DNA of 32,000 bases, from contig NZ_CP064925.1 of the NCBI RefSeq assembly GCF_018336915.1, forward strand, positions 266,053 through 298,052. The letters run 5' to 3'. Shown here piece after piece: positions 1 to 8,052 of this stretch. Under the pieces are notes generated by a model that did no database searches, was not told the DNA's origin, and worked only from the letters and a program-made list of their open reading frames with translations. The number at the start of each line of letters is the position of its first letter. Within the stretch, counting starts at the first letter, position 1. Source of the stretch: Acaryochloris marina S15. GTDB taxonomy: Bacteria > Cyanobacteriota > Cyanobacteriia > Thermosynechococcales > Thermosynechococcaceae. A program made the translations under genes and the position numbers.

Positions 1-1018
1 TGGAGCAACTGGCCATCACCAATACCAGCCATAAAGACCGCGGTATAGGCTGCTTATGCAGCTCCTGAAAATCTCGGCTAGGCAATGTCCCAGCGGTTAA
101 AAACAGGGTGGCTTTGACTAGACCATGGGTCAAGGCATAGAATCCACCGACGGCAGGGGCAGCCAAGATAAACCCAAGCTGTGAAATGGTACTCTGGGCC
201 AAGAGCCGTTTCGTATCTTGCTCGAAGAGGGCCAGACTAATGCCCAAAAAGGCTGTACCCACCCCAAATAGGGTGATGATGGGAGCGACTTCCTCCACCA
301 TTAAGGCCATGCGAGCCAGGGGGAAAACTCCCGTTTTGACAACAACGCCTGAGAGTAAGGCCGACACCGGAGTCTCGGACTCAGAGTGGGTTAAGGGTAG
401 CCATAAACCAGAGACAAAGACGCCTCCTTTGGTCAGCAGTCCCATAAAAATCAAGGCGAGGGCTTCTGGCGGTGCTCCTTTTAAGCCGGTATAGGCAAAG
501 GAGTGGTTGGCCTGATACACCAACACAGCGCCCACCAAATAAAACAGCATGGCCGTGTTGCTGATAAATAAGTAGCGCAAGGCCACCCAAATCGTCCGAT
601 TCGTACGCGGGTAAGACACCAGCAAGAAAGCGGCAATCCCAATGACCTCTAAGGCCACATATAAGCTAATGAAGTCAGCACAGATAAAGACAGCATTGAC
701 GCTGCCATGCAAAATGATGGTTTGGGTATAGAAAAAAGCGGATTTTCCCGTACCCCAGCAATAACAAATGACGGCAGCTGTCACCAAGGCATTGGTCAAG
801 ATAAAGTAGCCACTGAGACTATCAATCCTGAGGGTGACCCCAAAGCTGTCCATCAGCTGCAGCGTTAATGGGGCTGGCTCCATAAAAACCCGGGCAGCAT
901 AACTGGCAGACACCAAGGTCATAGCCAATGCTAAGTATCGATCCAGTTTAGGGATCAGATATCCTACAAACCCGACAAAAAACGGCAGGGCAATCCAAAC
1001 GATCGTAAGGGTATTCAT
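1..1018 (-). CDS. mrpD: Mrp/Mnh-type monovalent cation/H+ antiporter subunit D (proton-antiporter membrane subunit family). Partial: the C-terminus lies beyond the window edge.
   Basis: My own translation of the minus strand from the ATG at 1018 gives an uninterrupted 339-codon polytopic membrane protein, MNTLTIVWIALPFFVGF...SESETPVSALLSGVVVKTGVFPLAR...QSTISQLGF. The ORF track omits it because it runs off the edge. Its ATG overlaps the mrpC stop (ATGA at 1015-1018). Confidence 0.8.
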   Translation of the reverse strand, partial: MNTLTIVWIALPFFVGFVGYLIPKLDRYLALAMTLVSASYAARVFMEPAPLTLQLMDSFGVTLRIDSLSGYFILTNALVTAAVICYCWGTGKSAFFYTQTIILHGSVNAVFICADFISLYVALEVIGIAAFLLVSYPRTNRTIWVALRYLFISNTAMLFYLVGAVLVYQANHSFAYTGLKGAPPEALALIFMGLLTKGGVFVSGLWLPLTHSESETPVSALLSGVVVKTGVFPLARMALMVEEVAPIITLFGVGTAFLGISLALFEQDTKRLLAQSTISQLGFILAAPAVGGFYALTHGLVKATLFLTAGTLPSRDFQELHKQPIPRSLWLVLVMASCS

Positions 1019-1350
1019 GGTGTGTAAGTCTTTTCAATCTCGCGGCTTTCCAAGGTGGGATTGTCGCGCGAGAGCTTCATCACCCCCACCAACATCAAGG
1101 CCTGCACTGAAAAGCCAATCACAATTGCTGTCAAAATCACGGCTTGGGGAACGGGATCGGCATAGGCTCCCTGATGGGTATCTGTGATGATCGGGGTGAA
1201 TAACCCTTGACGAGCTGAGATCTTGACGTAATAGGCGATCACGCCTGTACTCATCACATCCATGGCAATAATTTTCATCATCAGATTTTCTTTGAGGATG
1301 ATGCCAAAAAAGCCACAGAGAATCGTCGCAAATATAAACGCTTCTAACAT
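1015..1350 (-). CDS. mrpC: Mrp/Mnh antiporter subunit C (NuoK/ND4L-like small membrane subunit)
   Basis: 111-aa ORF with three hydrophobic helices and a NuoK-like sequence (MKIIAMDVMSTGV...AVILTAIVIGFSVQALMLV). It is translationally coupled to the downstream subunit D gene. Confidence 0.85.
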   Translation of the reverse strand: MLEAFIFATILCGFFGIILKENLMMKIIAMDVMSTGVIAYYVKISARQGLFTPIITDTHQGAYADPVPQAVILTAIVIGFSVQALMLVGVMKLSRDNPTLESREIEKTYTP

Positions 1351-1405
1351 GGTGATTTAAAAAGGATTAGTAAAAAAGGGGGTCCGAGGATTTATGAGAG
1401 AGAGT

Positions 1406-1439
1406 TGCGATGGCCACAGGCCGGTCGGAGACCATCGCA
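1406..1439 (-). other. GC-rich hairpin in the nhaS3-like/mrpC spacer (8 perfect bp plus G-U and C-G, 14-nt loop)
   Basis: TGCGATGG at 1406-1413 is the exact reverse complement of CCATCGCA at 1432-1439. No adjacent U-tract, so it is not a canonical terminator. It may be an mRNA processing or stability element. Confidence 0.3.
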
Positions 1440-1453
1440 GCCATCCTCATCAA

Positions 1454-2854
1454 TTAGTTGTTCGTTGCCGGAGACTCAATGGCGATGGCACCGCTTTTAA
1501 ACGCCACCCGTAACAACGGTGGGGCCACAAAGGTCGTCAGAATCACCATCGTAATAATCGCAGCTTCCAAGGGCTTATCCAAAACACCACTCGCAGAACC
1601 AATGCCAGCAAAGACCAAGCCCACTTCTCCTCGGGGAATCATGCCGACGCCAATCGCAAATCGATTAATGCCAGGTTGCCCCACAACGGTCCAGCCAGTG
1701 ATGAGCTTACCGATCATTGCCACCACAATTAAGAAGGCGGCAATCACGAGACCTTCTCGATTCTCAGGAATGGCAGGATTCAAAACGCTTAAGTCTGCTT
1801 TTGCCCCCACGGTGACAAAGAAAATCGGGACGAAAATATCGGCAATGGGAATCACCTGTTGATCTAGCTCTTTGCGCTTATCGGTTTCATCTAGCACCAA
1901 GCCAGCGGCAAAGGCACCCAAAATCGCTTCTAGATGAATCGCATTGGCAAGGAAAGCCATGATAAAAGCAAAACTCAGGGCAGGAATCACTAGCTTTCCG
2001 CGGGTCTGCAGCTGATCGGCAATGGTCACAAAGGCTTGATTGAAGAATCGGCCTAAGAAGATGGAACCCACGAGAAACAGGGTGGCACTACCAATCAAAT
2101 ACAGAACATTAACAACATCCACTTCGCCTGTTTTAGCCAAGCTGGCGACCACAGCCAGGACGATAATGCCTAACACATCATCAATAATGGCAGCCCCAAC
2201 AATGATTTGGCCTTCCTTAGACTTGAGATAACCTAATTCAGACAAGACTTTAGAGGTAATCCCAATGCTGGTTGCCGTTAACGCTGCCCCGGCAAAGATC
2301 GCTGGAATCGTCGGCATATGAAACAGGAAAATCAATCCGGCTGTCCCGGCAGTAAAGGGGGCAACAACGCCCACAATCGCCACCAAAACGGCCTGATACC
2401 CTACTTCTGTTAACTCTCTAAGATCAGACTCCAAGCCAATCTCAAATAATAGAATAATCACCCCCAGCTCAGATAAAATCTCAATGATTTCGCTCTGGCT
2501 TTCAAAAATTGAGGTAATCGATTCAGCACTGAGATTGCCACCAATAAACTGCAGAATGGGCATCAAGGCCGAATCAGCGGCAACGGTTCCATTTTCAGCA
2601 AAGACCAACAGGTGAAGAGCCGAGGCCCCAATGGCCACGCCTCCGACTAGTTCTCCTAAAACAGGAGGTAGATTTAAAAGCTGAGATAGCTCACCGCCCA
2701 GCTTACTGGCCAGATAAATGACCACCAGAGTGAGCAAGACACCTGAGAGAATCAGGGGAGCTTCATCTGCATTAGCCGTTGCGATTAGCCAGGGCTGAGA
2801 GATGCCCCCTTGGAGGAGCGGTGACATTGATAAAGTATCTACGAATGTGTTCAT
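1454..2854 (-). CDS. CPA2-family Na+(K+)/H+ antiporter, NhaS3/NapA-like
   Basis: 466-aa ORF with about 12 predicted TM helices and a sodium/hydrogen-exchanger-family sequence pattern (GELVGGVAIG, ATSIGITSKVL, IIDDVLGIIVLAV). It is on the same strand as sbtAB and mrp. Confidence 0.85.
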   Translation of the reverse strand: MNTFVDTLSMSPLLQGGISQPWLIATANADEAPLILSGVLLTLVVIYLASKLGGELSQLLNLPPVLGELVGGVAIGASALHLLVFAENGTVAADSALMPILQFIGGNLSAESITSIFESQSEIIEILSELGVIILLFEIGLESDLRELTEVGYQAVLVAIVGVVAPFTAGTAGLIFLFHMPTIPAIFAGAALTATSIGITSKVLSELGYLKSKEGQIIVGAAIIDDVLGIIVLAVVASLAKTGEVDVVNVLYLIGSATLFLVGSIFLGRFFNQAFVTIADQLQTRGKLVIPALSFAFIMAFLANAIHLEAILGAFAAGLVLDETDKRKELDQQVIPIADIFVPIFFVTVGAKADLSVLNPAIPENREGLVIAAFLIVVAMIGKLITGWTVVGQPGINRFAIGVGMIPRGEVGLVFAGIGSASGVLDKPLEAAIITMVILTTFVAPPLLRVAFKSGAIAIESPATNN

Positions 2855-3194
2855 ATCTAAAATTCAAGTCAAACAATTACGTCAAAGCAGAAAGACATTC
2901 TTCGATTCGCTTAAAAGTTAGTGTCCCGATTTATTCGCCTTACATCAGAAAAAAATGCCATTCTGAAAGCATTACTAAATAAAGGTTTTAGAAAATCACT
3001 TACAGCGGATCGCAGGTTGGTAGGGGACATATTCAATCTTGGAGCATTTACTGATCAAGCTTTTTAAGAGTTGTGGCTGTCCCCCATCTACATGAAAACC
3101 GCTGTAATTGCCCTCTTAGCAATGGCTAGTAAATCGAGACACTAACTGAATTCTTATAGATCTAAAATTTTGTGAGAACGAGCGTCGTTTAGAT

Positions 3195-3557
<363 letters not shown>

Positions 3558-3624
3558 CTACATAGAAACTCAGGAAAACGCTAGAGCTGAGTGCTATCAC
3601 CTTGATCTAGCCTTGGTGTGGGTT

Positions 3625-3661
3625 GCCGGGTCAGGGGAGTACCGACAAACCGCGACCCGGC
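3625..3661 (-). other. Intercistronic hairpin between sbtA and sbtB (8-bp GC-rich stem, 21-nt loop)
   Basis: GCCGGGTC at 3625-3632 pairs with GACCCGGC at 3654-3661. The hairpin starts 5 nt after the sbtA stop. No U-tract follows it. Confidence 0.35.
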
Positions 3662-3666
3662 TAGGA

Positions 3667-4755
3667 TCAGCTACCTCCCATCAGGGCTTGGGCAAGCCCG
3701 ATGTAGAGCGGTATTCCCAAGGCAAGCGCAACTGGCGTGCCGACGGCTGTGGATGAGCCGATATAGGCGGAGGGATTAGCTGACGGAATGCCAGCTCTTA
3801 AGGTAGGCGGCCCTGAGATATCTGAACTTGAGGCAGCGATGACGGCCAGGATTACGCAGCCACCAGGGCTAAATCCCGTAGTGTAGTGGGCAATCATACC
3901 GAAACCAAAGGCGATGAGCCCATGAAGTAGTGGGGCTATTGCAGCATAGAGGGCGTACCACTGGCCCACCTTGCGTAGCTCACCAATCCTTGCCGTGGCC
4001 TCCATACCCATGACCAGCATCAGTATCGAAAGCAGGCCGCGGAAGAGGGGATTGAAGAAGCTCTCATAGACACTTTCTGGTCGGGTTAGTATACCTAGGG
4101 CAAGGCCGAGTAGCAGTGCCGATAGGGCAGAACCCTGAAGACTTTCCTTGACGATGGGCCATATCTTAACCCGCTTGGTGGTACGCTGCTTGCGGCGATA
4201 CTCGACTGCGGTACCGCCCTGGTTACCGAGATACTCCTGCTTGCTAAGAACCTCGTCTGCGGTATCGTACTGCTTGCTGATATAAACGCTAGCCAAGACG
4301 ATCGCAGTCACGAGAGCTGGGATATCCATGAAGGGATAGAGGGCAGCGGCCCAGGGTTCATATTGGATGCCTTCCGTTTCCATTAGGGTCAGGGCAGCGG
4401 CGAGGGTAGAGCCACTCACGGCACCAAACAAGCCCGCGGTCGCGATCGCATCCACGGTTTTAACATTCGGCATCTTGGCCAAGGTGTAGCGTCCGATGAA
4501 CACGATTAGAATCCCCACGACCATGGCGAATACTGCAGGCAACAGCATCTCCGCCAGATTGGCATTGCGGATCGCAATACCGCCGCTCAGGCCAACTTTT
4601 AAGAGCAGCATGAAGACGATGAACTTATAGATCGCATCTGGAATTTGCAGGCGGCTATTGACGGCGGCAACGACCATACCACCAATCAGAAAGCCGAGGG
4701 TTGGAGACTGCAACTTCGCCAGGAAGAGTGTCATGAAATCGGACAAAAAATCCAC
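3667..4755 (-). CDS. sbtA: Sodium-dependent bicarbonate transporter SbtA
   Basis: The protein aligns along its whole length with what I recall of Synechocystis SbtA (DFLSDF...LQSPTLGFLIGGMV ... SSSDISGPPTLRAGIPSANPSAYIGSSTA). I place the start at the GTG at 4755 (VDFLSDF), which is preceded by AAGGAGG 8 nt upstream. The track start at 4812 would add a non-conserved 19-aa extension. Confidence 0.92.
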   Translation of the reverse strand: MDFLSDFMTLFLAKLQSPTLGFLIGGMVVAAVNSRLQIPDAIYKFIVFMLLLKVGLSGGIAIRNANLAEMLLPAVFAMVVGILIVFIGRYTLAKMPNVKTVDAIATAGLFGAVSGSTLAAALTLMETEGIQYEPWAAALYPFMDIPALVTAIVLASVYISKQYDTADEVLSKQEYLGNQGGTAVEYRRKQRTTKRVKIWPIVKESLQGSALSALLLGLALGILTRPESVYESFFNPLFRGLLSILMLVMGMEATARIGELRKVGQWYALYAAIAPLLHGLIAFGFGMIAHYTTGFSPGGCVILAVIAASSSDISGPPTLRAGIPSANPSAYIGSSTAVGTPVALALGIPLYIGLAQALMGGS

Positions 4756-4904
4756 GTTGAATTCCTCCTTAATCAGAAAAAATTTGAAGAAAGTAAGAGT
4801 GAAGCAATTCACCCTTAAAACACAGGAATTAAGCGAGAACCTGTCAACAGAGTGTCCAGAGATGGCCGTTCTCTAGAACAGGGCAGGGAGGCAAGCTGTC
4901 CTGA

Positions 4905-4938
4905 AACATATTGAATAGATAAATATCTATCAATAGAT
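4905..4938 (-). promoter_or_regulatory. Predicted sbtA promoter overlapped by an ATAG-N8-CTAT palindrome (NdhR/CcmR-type LysR operator)
   Basis: On the minus strand: -35 TTGATA (4933-4928), a 17-nt spacer, and -10 TATGTT (4910-4905). The plus strand at 4915-4938 reads ATAGAT-AAAT-ATCTAT-CA-ATAGAT. The segment 4915-4930 is an exact ATAG-N8-CTAT palindrome. Confidence 0.35.
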
Positions 4939-5469
4939 CTTCTTGTATGTACTAAAGTCTATCTTAAAATGTGTCCTAATTTGCACTGGACAACACAAAA
5001 TGGCAATACGATGTCAAATACAAATTATAAATTTTTCTTATATTTAACTAATTTCAATATATGTCTAGCTAATGTAAATCGCGATCACAGCTTTTTCTTC
5101 GTTGCTGCTTTTCACCAAGGGCTGTAATTGCTTGCACTCTCCCCATTACGTTGGATTACACCTTCGATGGCTGTAGAGCTCAGTGCTAGTGCCTGAAACG
5201 GCGCATACCTTCTATAGATCTACAGATAAAGATCCGTGATTAGCTAGGCAGCTTGTGTACCCAAGGTTTTGCAATATTTGCCCATTAAGACAGTAATTTC
5301 ATTGGGAGTCTGACTAAAGTACAGTAGCCCCTCATCGACCTGCTGAACTAAGTCATCCCTAGTGGTCATAAGTTGGTGTAAAGCCTGAAAACTTTTAAGG
5401 GCCTTGCTTTTTATTGAGCATTGCCTTGTATTGGTATCTGGATAAGTATTATAGGAAGTTAGAAGATTC

Positions 5470-5790
5470 TGATCCCTTCGTTGTTCTATATGGTCAACCC
5501 CATACCGAAAATGAATTGGATGCTTATCTATAGGGGAAAGGAGCCAATTTTTAAGGCTTCCCCGCCAAGATAATTCTTACACCGACTTATGACCACTAGG
5601 GGTGAATCTTAAAGCCGGAGATTACGTCACTGCAGGCCAACTCATTGGCTACAGCGGCAATTCAGACTGGAGTTCTGGTCCTCATTTGCATGTTAAATTG
5701 CAGAAGCCTAGCCAAAGACAGCATTTTACAAAAACAGTACCCTTTGCTATTTCAGGAACTTGTAAAGAAGAACCATTCGCTCAGAAATGA
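5470..5790 (+). pseudogene. Remnant of an M23/LytM-family metallopeptidase (C-terminal half only; frameshifted, with an in-frame TGA)
   Basis: 5593-5790 encodes ...LKAGDYVTAGQLIGYSGNSDWSSGPHLHV, the M23 HxH motif region. The same frame upstream reads ...DNSYTDL then TGA (5590-5592). An earlier segment (GKEPIFKASPP) is in another frame. No N-terminal half or signal peptide is present. Confidence 0.55.
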
Positions 5791-6217
5791 TAGGGCTGTT
5801 GTCAGACTGCATTAAGAAGTTTTTCTTGGCAAATTGATATTATTCGGTGTGAAATCTTCATCTATTCTCTGAAGACTTCTTCATCTATCTTTAATTTTTT
5901 GAAAAATAGGTATCATCACTGAGGTTATAGCACGAATTTAATGAGATCAAGACGGATGAAGTAGTTAGTATCACTGACTTAATACTGATAATTTAACAAG
6001 ATTAAAACAGTGAAGTACGTATAATTTCGGGCAAATATTTTGCTCCAATACGTTATACCTAAAGGGCACTCCGAAAAACAGATTTTCTTAAGAATTAGAC
6101 ACTGTGCAACTCTTGCAAAACGGTTGCCCCCTCACATTAGTACTTAACTATTTGCCATCAAGAATAATTTTTTCGAGGTGCCCTCAAGATATTTAAGCAG
6201 AATCAGGGTGGATATCG

Positions 6218-8020
6218 ATGCAGATGGGCGGAACTCAAATATTGATGATTGAGGATGATGATCAAGATGTAGAGATTGTCAGGGAATTGCTGGATGTTAA
6301 ACATAATTCAGTCACCCTTCAGCATAGTCGGACACTATCTTCTGGTATAAAGTTACTCAATGAATTCAATACCATTGATGTGGTTCTACTGGATCTATCC
6401 TTAACGGATACCCAAGGGTTAAGCACATTCCATCGGGTACATCAAGCCTTTCCGACCTTACCTTTGATTATTCTCAGCGGCAATGCAGACGAGACAATTG
6501 CCCTTGAAGCGATGCAGGAAGGGGCTCAAGACTATCTTGTTAAAGGCCGCTTTAATAGCACGCTTCTAGCTCGCACTATTCAATACGCATTAGAGAGACA
6601 AAAACAGCAATTAGAGTTGCAGTACAAGAACTTGGCTTTACAGGCTCTATCAGAACAGCTAGAAATTGCGAATCATGAGTTAGAGCATTTAGCTACCTTC
6701 GATGGGTTAACCAGAGTTAATAATCGACGCAAGTTTGATCAAGTCTTTCAAGCTGAGTGGCAACGCCTCATGCGAGAAGGGCGGCCTTTATCCTTGATTC
6801 TATGCGATGTCGATCACTTTAAGGCCTATAACGATACCCATGGCCACCCAGCAGGAGATCGCTGTTTACAGCAAGTAGCAAGAGCCATTGCTAAGGTTGC
6901 CAAGCGACCAGCAGACTGTGTGGCTCGGTATGGCGGGGAAGAATTTGTGGTGGTGTTACCCAACACAGATCGCTCTGGAGCAGTGCATGTCGCTGAGGCC
7001 ATCAGAGCAGAAATTGGGGCACTCCAATTACCTCATGAGGCGTCTTCAGTGGGTAGTTACATCAGTCTTAGCTTTGGGGTGGCGAGCCTGATTCCTAATG
7101 AGGATGTTGCTCCCGCTCTACTGATTGAAGCAGCAGATCAAGCCTTGTATGCTGCCAAAGAACACGGTCGAAATCGAGTATACTCCCATGCTGTTGATTG
7201 TCTAGATCCAGCTTTGGACGCTAGCGATACTCAACGATGGGTGAACAGATTACAACTCGCTTTGGACAAAGATCACTTTCGGCTTTATGCCCAGCCTATC
7301 CAGCGACTCAATTCCAGTTCTGACAAGCAATATTTTGAGATTTTACTCCGACTATGGGAACAACCCGGTGTCATTAGTTCACCGGGTTTATTTCTACCCA
7401 TGGCTGAACAATATGACTTTATGACCCGGATTGACCATTGGGTCATTGATCACTTATTTGCCGATCTGCATGAGATTAAAGGAATCATGCAGCATGATGC
7501 TCAGTTCTTTATCAATTTATCTAGTAGTAGCTGTAGGAACAACGAACTATTACATTTTTTGAGTCAGAGATTAGTTCACCATGACTTACAGGCGGAACAA
7601 TTTTGTTTTGAAATCACAGAAACGGTGGCTAGCAATCATATTTCTGCAGCCGCTGAGTTAAGTCGTGGCCTCAAAGATATAGGCTGCAAGGTTGCTTTAG
7701 ATGACTTTGGCAATGGTCTATCTTCGTTCTTACACCTCAAATCAATCCCGGCAGATTATGTAAAAATTGACGGCTCATTTGTCAAAGATATAGCTGTTGA
7801 TCCAGTTTCGATTGAGATTGTTGGGGCCGTTCATCGGATAGCTAAAAGAATGGGGTTGGAGACTATTGCTGAATATGTAGAATCCCAAGCCATTCTTGAC
7901 TCAGTTTCAAGTTTAGGAATCGACTATGCCCAAGGCCATTATTATGACCCAGCTCAACCACTGATTGACACTTTAGTGAATTACCAATCCATTCCATATC
8001 GCCAATCGATCAATAACTAA
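6218..8020 (+). CDS. Response-regulator receiver / GGDEF / EAL protein (paralog A). All catalytic motifs are present.
   Basis: REC domain: EDDD pocket, LLDLSL acceptor Asp, ILSG, VKG. GGDEF domain: RPAD I-site five residues before GGEEF, and DVDHFKAYND. EAL domain: EILLR, FINLS, FEITE, DDFG, KIDG, AEYVE, QG. Confidence 0.93.
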   Translation: MQMGGTQILMIEDDDQDVEIVRELLDVKHNSVTLQHSRTLSSGIKLLNEFNTIDVVLLDLSLTDTQGLSTFHRVHQAFPTLPLIILSGNADETIALEAMQEGAQDYLVKGRFNSTLLARTIQYALERQKQQLELQYKNLALQALSEQLEIANHELEHLATFDGLTRVNNRRKFDQVFQAEWQRLMREGRPLSLILCDVDHFKAYNDTHGHPAGDRCLQQVARAIAKVAKRPADCVARYGGEEFVVVLPNTDRSGAVHVAEAIRAEIGALQLPHEASSVGSYISLSFGVASLIPNEDVAPALLIEAADQALYAAKEHGRNRVYSHAVDCLDPALDASDTQRWVNRLQLALDKDHFRLYAQPIQRLNSSSDKQYFEILLRLWEQPGVISSPGLFLPMAEQYDFMTRIDHWVIDHLFADLHEIKGIMQHDAQFFINLSSSSCRNNELLHFLSQRLVHHDLQAEQFCFEITETVASNHISAAAELSRGLKDIGCKVALDDFGNGLSSFLHLKSIPADYVKIDGSFVKDIAVDPVSIEIVGAVHRIAKRMGLETIAEYVESQAILDSVSSLGIDYAQGHYYDPAQPLIDTLVNYQSIPYRQSINN

Positions 8021-8052
8021 TCAAATGCATCCATGCATTTACGGGGGGATCC

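Noticed and set aside
186-590. Track ORFs 186-494 (+) and 381-590 (-)
   Set aside because: Both lie inside the long edge-truncated minus-strand mrpD reading frame and have low-complexity, non-protein-like sequences. They are shadow ORFs.
1458-2231. Plus-strand ORFs 1458-1862 and 2040-2231
   Set aside because: They are antisense shadows of the nhaS3-like antiporter gene. Their composition (Pro/Thr/Ala-rich) mirrors the sense-strand codon bias.
4756-4812. The ATG-initiated N-terminal extension of sbtA (MNCFTLTFFKFFLIKEEFN) given by the ORF track
   Set aside because: The extension is unconserved and its coding sequence contains the AAGGAGG that serves the GTG at 4755. SbtA homology begins at VDFLSDF.
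5205-5225. 21-mer ATACCTTCTATAGATCTACAG resembling 16025-16045 (19 of 21 identical), and recurring ATAGATCT near the sbt operon (about 3156, 4933, 5216)
   Set aside because: A rough calculation gives about one such 19/21 match expected by chance in a window this size, more in AT-rich DNA. Apart from the 4933-4938 half-site, which adjoins the operator palindrome, the ATAGATCT copies lack the CTAT partner needed for the operator-type palindrome.
5332-5370. Possible small minus-strand ORF starting at the ATG at 5370
   Set aside because: I initially misread one base. Careful indexing shows a TGA after 12 codons (at 5332-5334), so there is no meaningful ORF.
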